The notes under the pieces: model-generated
The model's database searches: none
What the model was told of the DNA's origin: nothing
Seen by the model: only the letters and a program-made list of their open reading frames with translations
Made by a program: the position numbers and the translations under genes
Shown: in pieces, positions 24,512 through 37,100 of the stretch
Position numbering within the stretch: position 1 is the first letter of the stretch
Layout: every line of letters starts with the position of its first letter
NCBI GenBank assembly: GCA_973895155.1
Contig: OZ316899.1
Coordinates: 3,555,455 to 3,619,454, forward strand
Source of the DNA: Marsupella aquatica
Taxonomy: Eukaryota > Plantae > Marchantiophyta
Direction of reading: 5' to 3'
Length of the DNA stretch: 64,000 bases

Positions 24512-27061
24512 TGGGTACATCCATCTATTGTTCACTAGACCACAGATGTCTAGTTCATGAACCAGATGAATCAACAGATGGGTCATGACATCAAAGAATC
24601 TTGGTGGGAAATGAATTTCCATAAGGCAGAGTGTGAATGCAACATCCATCATCACAGAGTCGTATTGTGAGGGATCCCAAACCTTGGCACAGATGGTACG
24701 CCACACATTGCTCACTTTGGCTATGGCCAATGGAACACCTTCATCAAGTAATCCCATTGTTGCTAATGGAAGGATTTGTTGCATGAGGTGATGGAAATCG
24801 TGAGATTTCAGCCCTGATAACTTCTTCTTAACTGTGACACATTTAGCCAAAGAACTGTTGAAACTAGTGGGCCCTTTAAAGGTCAACAATACCTCTAAGA
24901 ACTTAGTCTTCTCTGTCTTACTGAGGCAGTATGGGGCTAGCGGCATGATCTTTGGATCATTTTTTGGATCTGGATTTGGAACCAGCCACAGGTGTTCCCG
25001 CACGTCCATGACTTTCATGTCTTCTCGAACAGAAGGAGTATCCTTTGTCCCCAAAATAGTGTGCACAATATTGTGTGCAAGATTCTTCTCACAGTGCATG
25101 TGATCCAAACAATGGTTGATGAGAAGTTTCTGCATTGGACGCCCAGTTCAGTACAAACTAAGTTAGAATAAGAAATGTTACTCTTTGCTACTTAACATTA
25201 ATACACACTGAGGGATTCAGTATGGGAAACCAGATACTTACACTCCAGTACGACAGCTTTTATAATCCAGTAACCCTCTTCACTCCATTCTTCTTTATTG
25301 GAGAGTCTTCATCATCGAGCGCATTCCCTGGTTTCTTCTCCACATATTTAGCGACCTTTTCTCCCCAACATTTCCTATCAGAGCTGGACACTCTACACGG
25401 TGCAGCTCGTGCCTCTACCTCACCATTAAAGTATTTTGCCACTTCCTCTTTGTGAAAATAGTGCCTCTGTGGTAACCAGCGACGATCGCCAGCAAACAGT
25501 AACTTGCCCAACTGCTTTGAACCATGTGCCACACAATTTGGCCCACAAACCACACATCCTTTGTACCCTGTATGTTGTTGGCCAGAGACTAATCCATATG
25601 CAAGATAATCATTGATTGTCCACAATACTAAAGCCCTTAGCTTGAACTGTTGCTGCAATCCTAGCCTTGGTAGAACATCAAAACAATCTACTCCTTCTGA
25701 CCATAATGTCTCAAGATCATCCACAAGTGGAGCCATGTATACATCAAATTGTTCCTCGCTTACAGACACAGGACCTGGAATTAGAAGAGCCAGCATGACA
25801 AAGAACTTCTTTGTGGAAAGCCAAGGAGGGATATTATAATTCAACAGCAGGATTGGCCATGTAGACCAGGCAGTAGAATTATTCCCAAATGGATTTACCC
25901 CATCAAGTGCCAATCCCATTCGCACATTCCTTGGCTCAGCAGCAAAAGCAGGGTCGATCTCTGTGTCCACATGTTTCCATGCCTTTGAATTTGCTGGATG
26001 TCGGACCATGTTGTCCTTGCTCTTGTTCTCATGATGCCAAGTCATTAGCTTAGATGTACCCTTAGTGGCATACAATCTCTTCAATCGAGGGATTATAGGG
26101 AAATATCTCAAGATCTTCACACGCTGTAAAGAATTCCCCACTAACTTCATCTTTGGCTGATTACACTTGGAACAATTGTCCAACTCTGCAGTCTCATTTC
26201 TAAATAACATACATCCATTCTCACAGACTGGGATTCTCTCATAGTCTAAACCCAATTTTCTCAGTAATTGTTTTGCAGCATATAGGTTTTTAGGGAGAGT
26301 GTGCTCTGTTGGCATTCCATGCTCAGTCAACAAAGACAGCATGGCATTCACTCCCGTGTTCGAGAACCTATTGTTGTGACATATGTTTAAAAACAACAAC
26401 ATGAAGGAAACTACATCTGTCTTACTGCCTGGAAATAAGGGTTTCATGGCTTCTTCTAAAGACCCTTGCAGAGGGACAGGATTTATAGGATGCCCTGCTG
26501 TAGGTGTGTCCTCAGCCCTGGTCTCAGCAGAGGGTGGATCTGCCTCATTCTCATCATTTTGAAACATTGAATCTATATCAAAAGGAGGATCATTATCCAC
26601 ATATTTGTCAGACTCTTCATAAGCTCTTGCCAATGTCTCCTGAAGTAAAACTCTGACCTGCTCTTCAACATCTATTGATGGCTGGCCTCAGTGGAATGCC
26701 TCTCGAGACATTCTTGCCCTCAGTGCCTCTGGACCAGAGTTATGGATGTAATTGGATCTCCACTCCTCATCGGAAGAGTCTTCACCCTCTCCTACCCACA
26801 CTCGACAAGCAGGGTAGCGGCCATATTTAAGAAGATGTTGTTGACTGGTCTTTCAAGTAGTCTTAACAATCCCTTTGCATTCCATGCAAGAGCAATACAT
26901 TCTATGATTAACACTACCAGAGCAAGCTGTCTGTTCCGAGCCCATAAGTTATCATCACGACGCTGTATTCAACGTGGATGGGAAAGAGGTAAACTTCTCA
27001 GGTTGTCCGCCTCTGTTGTATATGCAGTGTTATGTGACCCAGTCTGGCTAGAAGAAGCCAT
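24512..27061 (-). pseudogene. CACTA TnpD transposase (Transposase_21/DUF4218 type), truncated by the Sola insertion
   Basis: CSCMEC...HLLKYG...W; LPKNLYAAK, VCENGCMLF, RYFPIIPRLKRLY, RHPANSKAW, PRNVRMGLALDGVNPF, WTINDY, GLKSHDFH, THLLIHL...RWMYPI. Confidence 0.93.
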
Positions 27062-28033
27062 GATTGCAGCACTACCTAATCAAAAACACAGTTGCACATC
27101 TTTCTTCTATGACATCTTGCAGAGCATATGAATTGTTCTAGACAACTCCAAAACCCTTCCATATCATCTTCTAGAGCGTCATGTGAAGCAAATGTGTGCA
27201 CAAGTGAAGAATTAGACATACATTTGAGAAACTGGACTCCAACTGAGGTAAAGGCAGCTCCCACTCTAGCCCCCATTGCCAATAGAATAGTTCATGCATG
27301 CCAACAACAGGTAAACAGATGACATATTAGCAACTTGATCAGAAATTATTTACTTGGGTACATTACCTAATCTCATTTCATATTGTAAGTGGCATTGGGT
27401 ATTTGAAGGAGACCTGAATTGTACAAATCAAAATGACAAAAGTTTACAAAACCAAATAAAGTCCTACCTCAACCAGATTTAGGGCAAGGGTGTTCACAGT
27501 AGTCAGCAATCTCAGACCCTTCAAAACAGTGAGTACAATAACAAACATGAATCATAATGTCCAACAATCCCCTCCTTCATTCTTTGTCTTTTGAATTCAT
27601 TTGTTGAAATGATCCTCTTCATCAAGGCAGTTTGTTGTGGGCAGATACTAGAATAGATTCCAGATCACAACATTTCATCATCCCCACACAAATCAGGATA
27701 CATATGGACAAGGGCCTCAAAGGGTTTCATGTAATGTACATATTTAATTAAACATATAGTGTTTTTGTGCAGTAGTAAGAATGAAATAACACTTAGTCTT
27801 CAAAATTATCAAAAATGAGAAAGTTTGAGAAAGTTTGAGAAAGTTCAGAGACCCGGGTTGAGAGCGTTCTTAAGGCTGTGGGTTTAGAAAGGCAGTACTA
27901 CAATACTTGAAAGACATTAAGTGAAGTTTGCCTTCTTATGGCCAGATCCCTGAAAAGGGACAACAAAAATTTTAAGACCTCGGGTGGATTTTAGGTCTTG
28001 CTCAGGTCAGTGTGATATTTTTTAGTTTTTTTG

Positions 28034-28540
28034 TTATGTATCTCCATTCAAGCTCTTCACCTGTTTGCCACTGACACTCTTAACAGTCATCATACAATCA
28101 GAATTGATACTGGTCTTTCTCCACGAAGTGTTGCTCTACTCTAGGGCAAACAGTCTCAACCCCTGGTCCCAAGACTGGCTCATCATGGTGGGACATTATA
28201 CAGGCACACCTCCTCTGCAGCCTATTGTATCCACCCCGCCTATATATATCCCCTGGACGCACTCGACATTTTGGGCAAAAGTCCTCACAACTATGGATAC
28301 AGGCAGAGTAGCATATCTGCTCTGGTTGTACCACTCCATAACTGCCACAATACAAAAACCTATGGGCAAGGGTGGAGCATCCAGAGTAATGGGCTGACTG
28401 TATGTGTCTCTATGTACAGGCAAAACTTCCCATTGCACAGCAGAACTGGCAGGGACCAACCTCATTCCACTTAGCTTCAGACGTAGCCTCTCAGCTCTGC
28501 CTTCAAGGTCAGCTCCCAAGCTGTTGCGCGTCCTTGGCAT
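28034..28540 (-). pseudogene. Uncharacterised 169-codon reading frame inside the CACTA element
   Basis: One frame from ATG 28540 (MPRTRNSLG...) with two internal stops consistent with C>T/G>A changes. Confidence 0.35.
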
Positions 28541-28619
28541 CACTGTAACAAATACAAGAAGCAATAGCTTATCCAACCCAAACGCTTCAATGAATTTCAT
28601 GCAATAATTTAGCATTCAA

Positions 28620-28900
28620 CTATTTCATATAATCACACAGTTTAGTCCATTAGACAGTGTAGTCCACTTCATACAATCAGACAATTTAGTTCCTTTTCAT
28701 ACAATCAAACAGTTTAGTCCATTTCATACAATCATCCTACTTTAGTCCAATTTAGCTTAGTCCATTGAATCCAACTTGACACAGTACTCCATTTTCATCC
28801 AACCAAAAACTCAGGTGCTCCACTGTACCCCTTTAGTCCATTTTTTAATGTCTAGTATACTTCCATAAGTCATTAGCCCATTTTAAGTTCAGTATACTTT
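28620..28900. repeat. Degenerate repeats of TTTAGTCCA / TTCATACAATCA
   Basis: ~30-bp unit cagtttagtccatttcatacaatca seen 3-4 times plus partial copies. Confidence 0.6.
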
Positions 28901-28944
28901 GTACTATGCACTATTTTCTACACAACTGAAGGCTTAATTATGAT

Positions 28945-29663
28945 CTATTTGAAATCATGTGATGGCACCTCAGAACCCTCTGGAATGACATGGTGATTGG
29001 AGTACACCATACGCCATGGACCAATATCCCACGTTTCTCTACCCTTCACCCCTCTCTTGAGGTGTTTTTCTGCCTTTGGTCCCTCATCCCTGCACCACGC
29101 ACGAGGGCACCTACGACACTGGATAAATTCCCAGATGCCATCCCGATACTCCTTGCAAACATCACAATAATGCCTTGGGCATATCAGAGCAACGGGATGT
29201 GCATCTAAGTTCTCTGCATACCCCAAGAGAGGCAACTCCCTTGCCCTCAGTATGGTCCGCAGACAACCCACATGATAGAAAGAAAAGCAATCATCTTGTG
29301 CACATTGAACCACAAGGGGCTCATCTGTAGTGGGCTTTAGGGTTTGGCCAAGTAGTCCACAAGCAAAGCAACGACCTCGGTTCTGCTGGCAGAGTTCATA
29401 GAGCCACTCCTTGGCCCAATCATGCCCTCTAGAAATGGCAATGCGTGTGCACTTAGACCCATGGCCATCAGGCTCCTTGGGATCCTGCCCATCAACTAAG
29501 TAATGGAAATGACGATTGCAAGGCCCATCGCAAAACAAAACAATACCTCCCTCATCACATTCAAAACAACAAGGGGGATCCATGCAAAGGTGCTCTTTAT
29601 GGGCAAACTTTGGATCCAGCCAAGCAGCAGCAGCCCATGCCATGCCTGATGTGATGTGTGGAT
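28945..29663 (-). CDS. EDM2/NSD-type tandem PHD-like zinc-finger cassette (exon) within the CACTA element
   Basis: CFECDEGGIVLFCDGPCNRHFH...RCFACGLLG...VQCAQDDCFSFYHVGC...ICPRHYCDVC...QCRRCPRAW follows the Cys/His pattern of the EDM2 PHD region. Preceded by a tgtgcag acceptor. Confidence 0.78.
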
Positions 29664-30779
29664 CTGCACAATTACCTTAAATATTACAAGAAGTCTATGG
29701 AGAAGGGCAACAAACAAGTACAAAGATGGTATGCGTAGTGTACTTACCGTAATCTGAGGTTTAAGTACACTTCAGAAGATGTCCTGTCCAACTCAGTCTC
29801 ACGGAGTAGAAGCAATGTCAAAAATAACTTGGCTCTGGTTTATGTGTGTTCTGCGCAGAGAGCAAAAAGTTACGCATACTTGGTAAATGTAGTGATCAAT
29901 CAAGGAATTACCAATGCTGCCTCTAAATTCCTATGTACTCAATTTCTATTAGAGGTGTTGAGAAACAAACAGAATACGAGAGATTGAGTAGAAGAGCAAA
30001 CATGGCTCAATGCAATGGCTCAGGTGGACCCTCAACAACAACTCTTACTTTGGTTCATTTAACTCCATGCAGAGCCGGGCTGGGGCTGCCCTTGTTTTTC
30101 AGTGATGGATCAACAAAGACATGTTATATTTGATGGGATCAACAGGCAGACAAGGTAATTTTGAATAGCAGAAATTAATCCAAAAAAGTTTGCAATTCAA
30201 ACACATCCTACAAATCACTCATAGCATCTCTTCTAAAGACAATGGGGGTTTCTTAGATAAACTCTTTATCTCTCAACATAGAGATCATAACAAAATACAC
30301 AAGCAAACAGGTAGAAAAATGTGCAACCATTACAATTGCTCGAGACTTCCAAGAAGGTGAAATTTTCCCCAAAGTTCCAATAAATCTCAACAACAAACCA
30401 ATAACGACAGTAGACACGCGACAATAATGCAAGCAAAATTGGAGCAAGCCCACCTCCACTGGACCCTTTGTGACGCCAATGACATGGTCCTTATTTTGTA
30501 ATCTGATTAAGTAGGTTGCTGTATGCAAGGAGTAGCTATTGATATTACATAACAATTAGCAAGATGGCAAGAATAAGGGCAATCATGGCGTTAAGAGTAG
30601 GGAAATAAAAGCTATGTCGCAGGTGGTCGGTGACCATATCTCTTTCAATATGTCACCAAATCCGGATCTGTAAAGAGCATTGGAAAGATCTGGTCAAGGC
30701 GAGTAAAATCGATATAAAACACTCGGGAAACAGAGGTGTATTAAGAAAGATACGGCCTGATTAGTGTGACGGGTTAACT

Positions 30780-31173
30780 TGTGGCCGGAATTAGCGGATT
30801 CGGCTTCAGTTTCGGGTTAACCCAAGCTCGACCACGGCTTAGCTTATGTGAGCACGGCTTCAGCTTAGCTCAGGTCAGCACGGCTTCAGCTTAGCTTAGG
30901 TAAGCACGGCTTCAGCTTATCTCAGGTAAGAACGGCTTCAGCTTAGCTCAGGTCAGCACGGCTTCAGCTTAGCTTAGGTCAACACGGCTTCAGCTTAGCT
31001 CAGGTTAGCATAGGTAAGCTCGGATTCGGGCTCAGCTTAGGCTAGGTTAGCGGATAGCGGATAGCGGATAGCGGCCTAACCCGAGACCACGGGTTAGCTC
31101 TACTCGGGTTAGATAGGATAGCTAGGTTAGCCAAACTCGGGTTAGCTATGTAACTCGGGTTAGCGCAGCAGTG
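30780..31173. repeat. CACTA subterminal repeats (CACGGCTTCAGCTTAGCT x6, GGATAGC x3-4, CTCGGGTTAG)
   Basis: Directly visible tandem units next to the CACTG terminus. Confidence 0.88.
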
Positions 31174-31176
31174 AGT

Positions 31177-32712
31177 ACCCCCTCTCGGTTGCGGGGGCAT
31201 AACTCTCTATGTATTTGACCAAATCGGCTATAATTGACCTCGTTGGAAAGAGGAGCTCAAGCCGCTTCCAACGCTGCTATCCACGCAGAAAATGGTTAAA
31301 TAGAGAAATCAGGAGAGGAGGCACAAGCTTGCGAAAACCATGGAGGAGGGCCGAATCCGAAGTACATAGCCAATTCGAGATAGAAATAAAGTTGCGAGTT
31401 AGGGTTCAATAGTTAGAGATAGTGGCGGCTCTGTTAGGGCTGGGATGGGGCTCCAGCAGCGTAGTACCCAGCCATTTGGGCTCAGTATGAGAGTATATAG
31501 AGCAGCCCCCCGGTAGAGATGGGGGGGGACTTCAGTTGTGTGATCTCACTTAGACTGAGTAGCGGGGAGGAGCTCTGTGCAAGCAAGGCTGGACTTGGAC
31601 GCTGCGTGTTGGGGAGAGCTTGGTTGTGCTATTACTCAGGGAGTAATCAGCCAAGCTTCACAGCAACGGGTTGCTAGGTTTGCGAGCTGGATTGTGGCTC
31701 TTTCTAGTGGGCAGCACAACTGGGTTCTTTTCCCCCGATACAGAGCCTTGGTGATAGGTGATGTATTGGTGATTGTAAACTGTGGGAGGATTTCAATTCG
31801 ATTTGCGGTGGGCACATTAGGGAGGCTGAGGTACTGATTAAGGGGCAGCAGGAGGAGCATTTACAGTTCAGTCTGGCAAGGCTACGTGATCCATGGGGAG
31901 TCCCGGCCTTTGTCTGGTGGAGAGCACTAAGGGATCTATGGCCAGAGCTGAGCTTGCAGGGCAAGCGTGAGGCCGGGCCTCATTGCAGTCTGGGATAGAT
32001 CGCCGTTAGGCCTGGTACCAGCTTTGAAGTCGAGTCAACTATGCATGCGTAACTTGACGTTCTGAATTGGAGGTGTGAGATCTGTATGTGCCCCCAAGAA
32101 TGATCAAGTGTTCTCAGTGAACTATTGTGCACATCTTTGAATCTAATTGAGTTTTCCTCTCAGGCCTCATTTCTCTCGTGGATGTGTGTGTGTGTGAGGC
32201 AATCTGAGTGTATGATGGAACTAGCAGCGCCACTGAGAGGTGTACCGGGTGCATTGAAGTGGGCTGGGTGAGGACTGTCATAGCTCTGATTGTTGAGAGT
32301 GGAATGGCAGAGTGGTGGGGCAATGGCTTAGAAGTCCCTAAGCCGGGAATCAGTCAGGAGTCACTGGTTTATGGGTACATTCCGACGGCGGAATAGAAAC
32401 ATACCTATGACAGTAAGCATATGTATAGACCTATGCGCACCGTAGCGCTAGGCCCTGTGTGTACGGGCCCGATATGAAGACCCCTTCTCACCAGAACTAT
32501 CATGAGCGCAGATCTGATCCCCAACCTCGGTTCCTTGGGATTGAGCTTGGGTGATGTGTGATAGAGTCTTGCTATGATAGTCTGGTGTTAAGGGCATAAA
32601 CTGGTGTTTACCGGCATTCACAACATCCCTTCGTGATCCTCAGGTACAAGGAGATGGTTTTGGCACCCATAGTGACGTTTTTGGTGTTAAGACCCATGTC
32701 AATCGCGTGACA
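31177..32712 (+). mobile_element. Fragment (3' part) of an LTR related to the gypsy copy 1 LTR, in opposite orientation
   Basis: Ends ...CGCGTGACA at 32712. The reverse complement shares blocks with 6355-6480 (CTAGCGCTA..TGCGC.TA; TAGGTATG..TTCCG.CG.CGGAA; CCCGGCTTA.GGACTTCTAAGCC) and 6885-6925. Confidence 0.55.
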
Positions 32713-34156
32713 CCCTTGTTAGGTAGCACCACTACCAAACAGAGGTCCAATCTTCCTTAGAATCCTCAAAATTGATGCAAGCGTAAATGCAGGCAGGAAT
32801 GCAGCTCCAATCGCACCTCGGCAACAAGAGTCAAAACTATCATGGATCTCCTCACAATGAGCAAACCTTAGCAGTCACACAGTATTTAGTGGCTACTTTG
32901 AGAAAACATTAAAAAAAGTCAATGCTCGCAGGTGAAGGAGTAGGATAGAAGGCAAATATATCAATTCTTTCCCTAAGCTTGAGCAAGCAATTCGTCGGAA
33001 AAGCAACAGAGACCTACCGCTACATAGGAAATTAGATGTTGTCAAACAGAGCTTGGTCTTCAATTCAAAAGAGACCGGGGATAGACAGGACTACAACTTT
33101 TTGTGAGGGGGGGGGGGGGCACTGACCACAACAGATTCAAGATTAGCACAACTAACCTTGTAGGTTGTTGCAACTCCAATGTCCACCTCCAATTGGCTCA
33201 ATGTTCAATTTGCAGGAAACGAGTTTACTGCACGACATTGCATAGTAAGCGCAGTATACCAAAAGACAAAACTTGGACCATGGCCAGACAATGACATAAA
33301 CAAATCAGTGAACATTATACAGGGACTGTGAATCCCAAGCCAACAAAGCAACAATCCCAACCCTACAAAGATCAACAACATTCCAGCAGCTCAGGTCTGG
33401 TACAAAATGCTGGTATCTTTGTTTTTCATGATTGAAGAGCAAATTCCAGCAAACAAGGACTCGGAAATGAGAGACAGCAAAGTACCTGATAGCAAGGTAC
33501 CCGAGGTAGAACATTTAGGTAGGGGTCAGAAATAGGGACACACTTACACAAGCTCGATGTACATAACTGAATGGTAAATGAGGTTGGGACTAATACTAGG
33601 AGGCTTTTCACGGTGACAGCAAACAGCAAACAGCAAATAGTAAAGCTCATAACAACAAATGTCTGCACCAAAAAAATCTTCCCTAAATCTACATCTCTCG
33701 CAAAATGAAATTGAAACCTCTAAAATCCGTTATTTTGAAACACATCATAATACTAGCGCCCAACGCTAAAGTCTTGAAACAGTCCAGAAAACCTGAAACC
33801 TCATTTGAAACATCTATATGCAAAAGTATGCCCAAAAACAACTGTATACTAGCACCTGACGCTAGTATATAGACCTCAATAACAAACCTAAAAAACAAAG
33901 ATCAATTAAAGACCATCAGATGCCAATTGATGAAAAAATGGGAAGGGGGGCAGTTGCATTCTAATATCACCAAATTATAATACACCCCAAGTTAAGATTC
34001 TCCTCTTCACAAAGGAAAGTATAGTAAAAAACTATGTGGACAGTCCGTCTCACTTTATAAACACCCATCAATATTACATGTGTTCACAATAGCGCCAAGC
34101 GCTATTTAGTAAAATAGCCAATATCTCTATGTAAAAACTACTCTTTTAAAGTTTGG

Positions 34157-37100
34157 CTAGCCATTAGATTCTGAATTAGTCGTATCTAGTTTTGATTCTT
34201 CTTCACTACTTTGTGATCTATCAGTAGACTCAGCTTCGTCGTCTACATACTTTCTCGGGACGATGTCATCAACATAGCGGTTCCTCAAAAACTTCCTATC
34301 CAAGCCCCTTTTGAGCCTTAGGCCTTTGATTTCCCAAGTCAGCATTCTCACAGAATCTGCCTTTCAAGCAGCCTTTTCTGCATAAGAATGCAAGACAAAT
34401 GGCTTCTCCGGGGTTTCTATTGCATTCCTAGCGACTTTCCTCCGTAGTTGAAAGCACTTCCAAAGGTTCCACTCAGACCTGGAAAGTTGAATCCGATATC
34501 TTTAGTCGGATCCGGGAAAATGGTGGAATTTTGTAGACACTAACGTCACCCTTAAAAAGAAAAAAAAGACAGGGAAGCTGAAGATCATTACTCAGAAGAC
34601 TCTTCACTATCCTCAGATTTAGAAGACCCAAGGTTCACCACTTTCTTGGAGGCACCATCATCTTTGGACTGTTGAGTACCATCGCCTCCATCATTGTCCT
34701 CGTCAGAATCAAAATTCAGAACAACACGGAGTCTGTCCTGCTTCTTACTCCCCACCTGCCGGTGCGGAGGTGTGGACGTGGAGGCCTCTTTGTTCTCGAG
34801 AAGTCCAAAGAAAACTTTTGTGGCAGTGTCAAGAAACTCTTTACAATTTTCAATCCCGACTACAAACCTCCCACAATGATCTCCAGCAACAAACGTACTT
34901 CCGGCCCCAACAGTCCAGTCCATGACAATATCCCCAGGGAGGGTAATTAATTCTTAAATTGAGTGCATGAAACCCATAGGCAACCTTGAATTCCCAGCAA
35001 ACGCAAGCTCAGGTAGAGGATCATTTTTTGGCACGGGAAAACCAATGAGATTGGTTATCGAAGGATCCTCTGTATGTGAAAGAGGGCAAAATTTGGGATC
35101 CTTCGGGGCCCTACCTTTGGATGAAACACGCCCAAAAACATTGAGAGTAAGCGTAAAAATCTGCACATCGAATAATGTTTTGTTCAAAATAAACATCAGA
35201 TACTACATCGAGAATACGGAAACCATTCATGAAGAGGATATGCCACACTAGCGCCTGGCGCTAGCGTCACCGTCAATCTCCGAAGGAGGACACAAAACAG
35301 AAACTCTGGAATAGCGCCAGGCGCTATTATACATACCTGCATATCCGAGCGAGGCCTATACATTGGAGTGCCCATCACAACATTGTGTGTCAAGATACAC
35401 TGAAATTTCTGTGAATCTTGACAAGCTGCAATGATTTCAGAGACTTGGTCATAGTCGCCCCTGTGCAAAATCGCTAGCAATCCATCATCTACGAGGAAAG
35501 GATCCATTGTTCTGAAGAAGGCACTTGGAATCGTATAATCTTGAAGGTTCCATTTAGGAACCTTCCTATCCACAAGTGTTGGTTTCAACCCAGTCGGAAG
35601 ATATATGAAACCAGCATCAACTCCAAAAGCTCTTTCCTTTCCCCCTCGGACAACCCCTTTTGCTTGATCCCCAGACTTCACCAGCTCTTTCCCCCAACAT
35701 TCAATATAATTTGAAACCCAGTCCGGCTTTTCTCCCTTGTTAAACAGGGAATCAAGACATTCTGTAACACTTGACTCCACAAAACAATGTCGAGTACACT
35801 TTTGTTTGAAATTCCCCACATCTCTCTGCAATCCAGTAGACACAACCAAATCTCGGGAAGAAGATCCGAGCCTATCATCAAGTGGTCCTCTCTTTTTCTT
35901 CTTCTTCATACCTGTCGCGTCCACTGGAACCACTGCCTTTACACTCTTCCCAGGGGTTCCCGGATCTGGTGTATTTTCTGCACCAATGTTAGCTTCAGAG
36001 GCCTGAGGAGTAGCGTCATCTTTTACATCAGCAGTGGCATCCGACTTCCTTCCCCCTGAAAGACAGAGATACGTTACTCAACGGAACTAGTTCTCATAAT
36101 AGCCCTCGGCGCTAGTATCAATTGGGGAAAAATATGTCATATGAACAAGAGCGGGAATCCCTTACTGAATCCTATGAGGCATACTTACGTTTTTTAAGAG
36201 ATCGAGTTGATTCACTGGGAGCTACAGATTCATTCTTGGCCTCCACTCTTGGCTTTTGGCTCCGATCAACATGCACGACAATTGTCTCGCATTTCTTCTG
36301 CAGCTCAGTTGTTGAAACGTCCACTTCAATCGCTAGACCCTGCTTCATTTCCGAGACATACCTTGCTGGGATTTGCGACTTTTGCAACTTCATGAAAGTG
36401 TCTTTCTCCACCTCGTCAAAAGGTAGATCCCATTTGTCAATGTCTAAATACCACGGGCAATGAAGTCTCTCCCACCCTGACAAGGCGTGGGGTGGAAACT
36501 TTCCCTCAACTGGGTACATCAAATATAGATCAACAAGATGGTCACCATCTTTTATCATCACCCACTTTTGAAATGCGCCTGGGTAAGCCCACAAAACCTC
36601 AGGAGATTGCAACTCCATCCACATGTAGAAACGGTAAACGTATCGTTTGGCTCATTTTCGGTTTCGCTCAGTGTAGTCCTCCTTGTCTGCGTACTTTGAT
36701 GGCCACATTATGTTGAAAAATTTAGCCTTGACAAGGTCTCCAAATGATTCGAATTCTTCAATAATGGACTTCATGAGAAAATCCAGGGACTCACAACCAG
36801 ACTTCACAAGAGGTCTGGTTTAGGGTTTAGGGTTTAGGGTCATCTGGCATGCGATCCAAAACCTGCTCGAGTGAGGTGAGGATCAATCCAGTAGCAATTT
36901 CCTCCACTGAATTCCAGATATGCCAGGTATGGCACCACTATTTTACAGGATTGTCGTTCACACTAGCCAGATGAAAGAACTGTTTCCAAATCTTCGGAGT
37001 ACAATGGGCGACAAGAAGTGTGCACCTTAACTTTGGATCCAGATAAGTCACTGCAGTAAACAAGCGAGCGCGATCCATAGTGCAAACAACTGTATCGGGT

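Larger units (their letters stand above)
24512..31173 (-). mobile_element. CACTA/EnSpm (CMC) transposon, 5' part, terminus CACTG
   Basis: Minus-strand terminus CACTGCTGCGCTAACCCGAG at 31173, subterminal repeats, and a TnpD-type transposase. The other end is outside the window, so the TSD cannot be verified. Confidence 0.8.

Noticed and set aside
33105-33120. Poly-G run as a functional G-quadruplex
   Set aside because: A single homopolymer of uncertain length with no supporting context.
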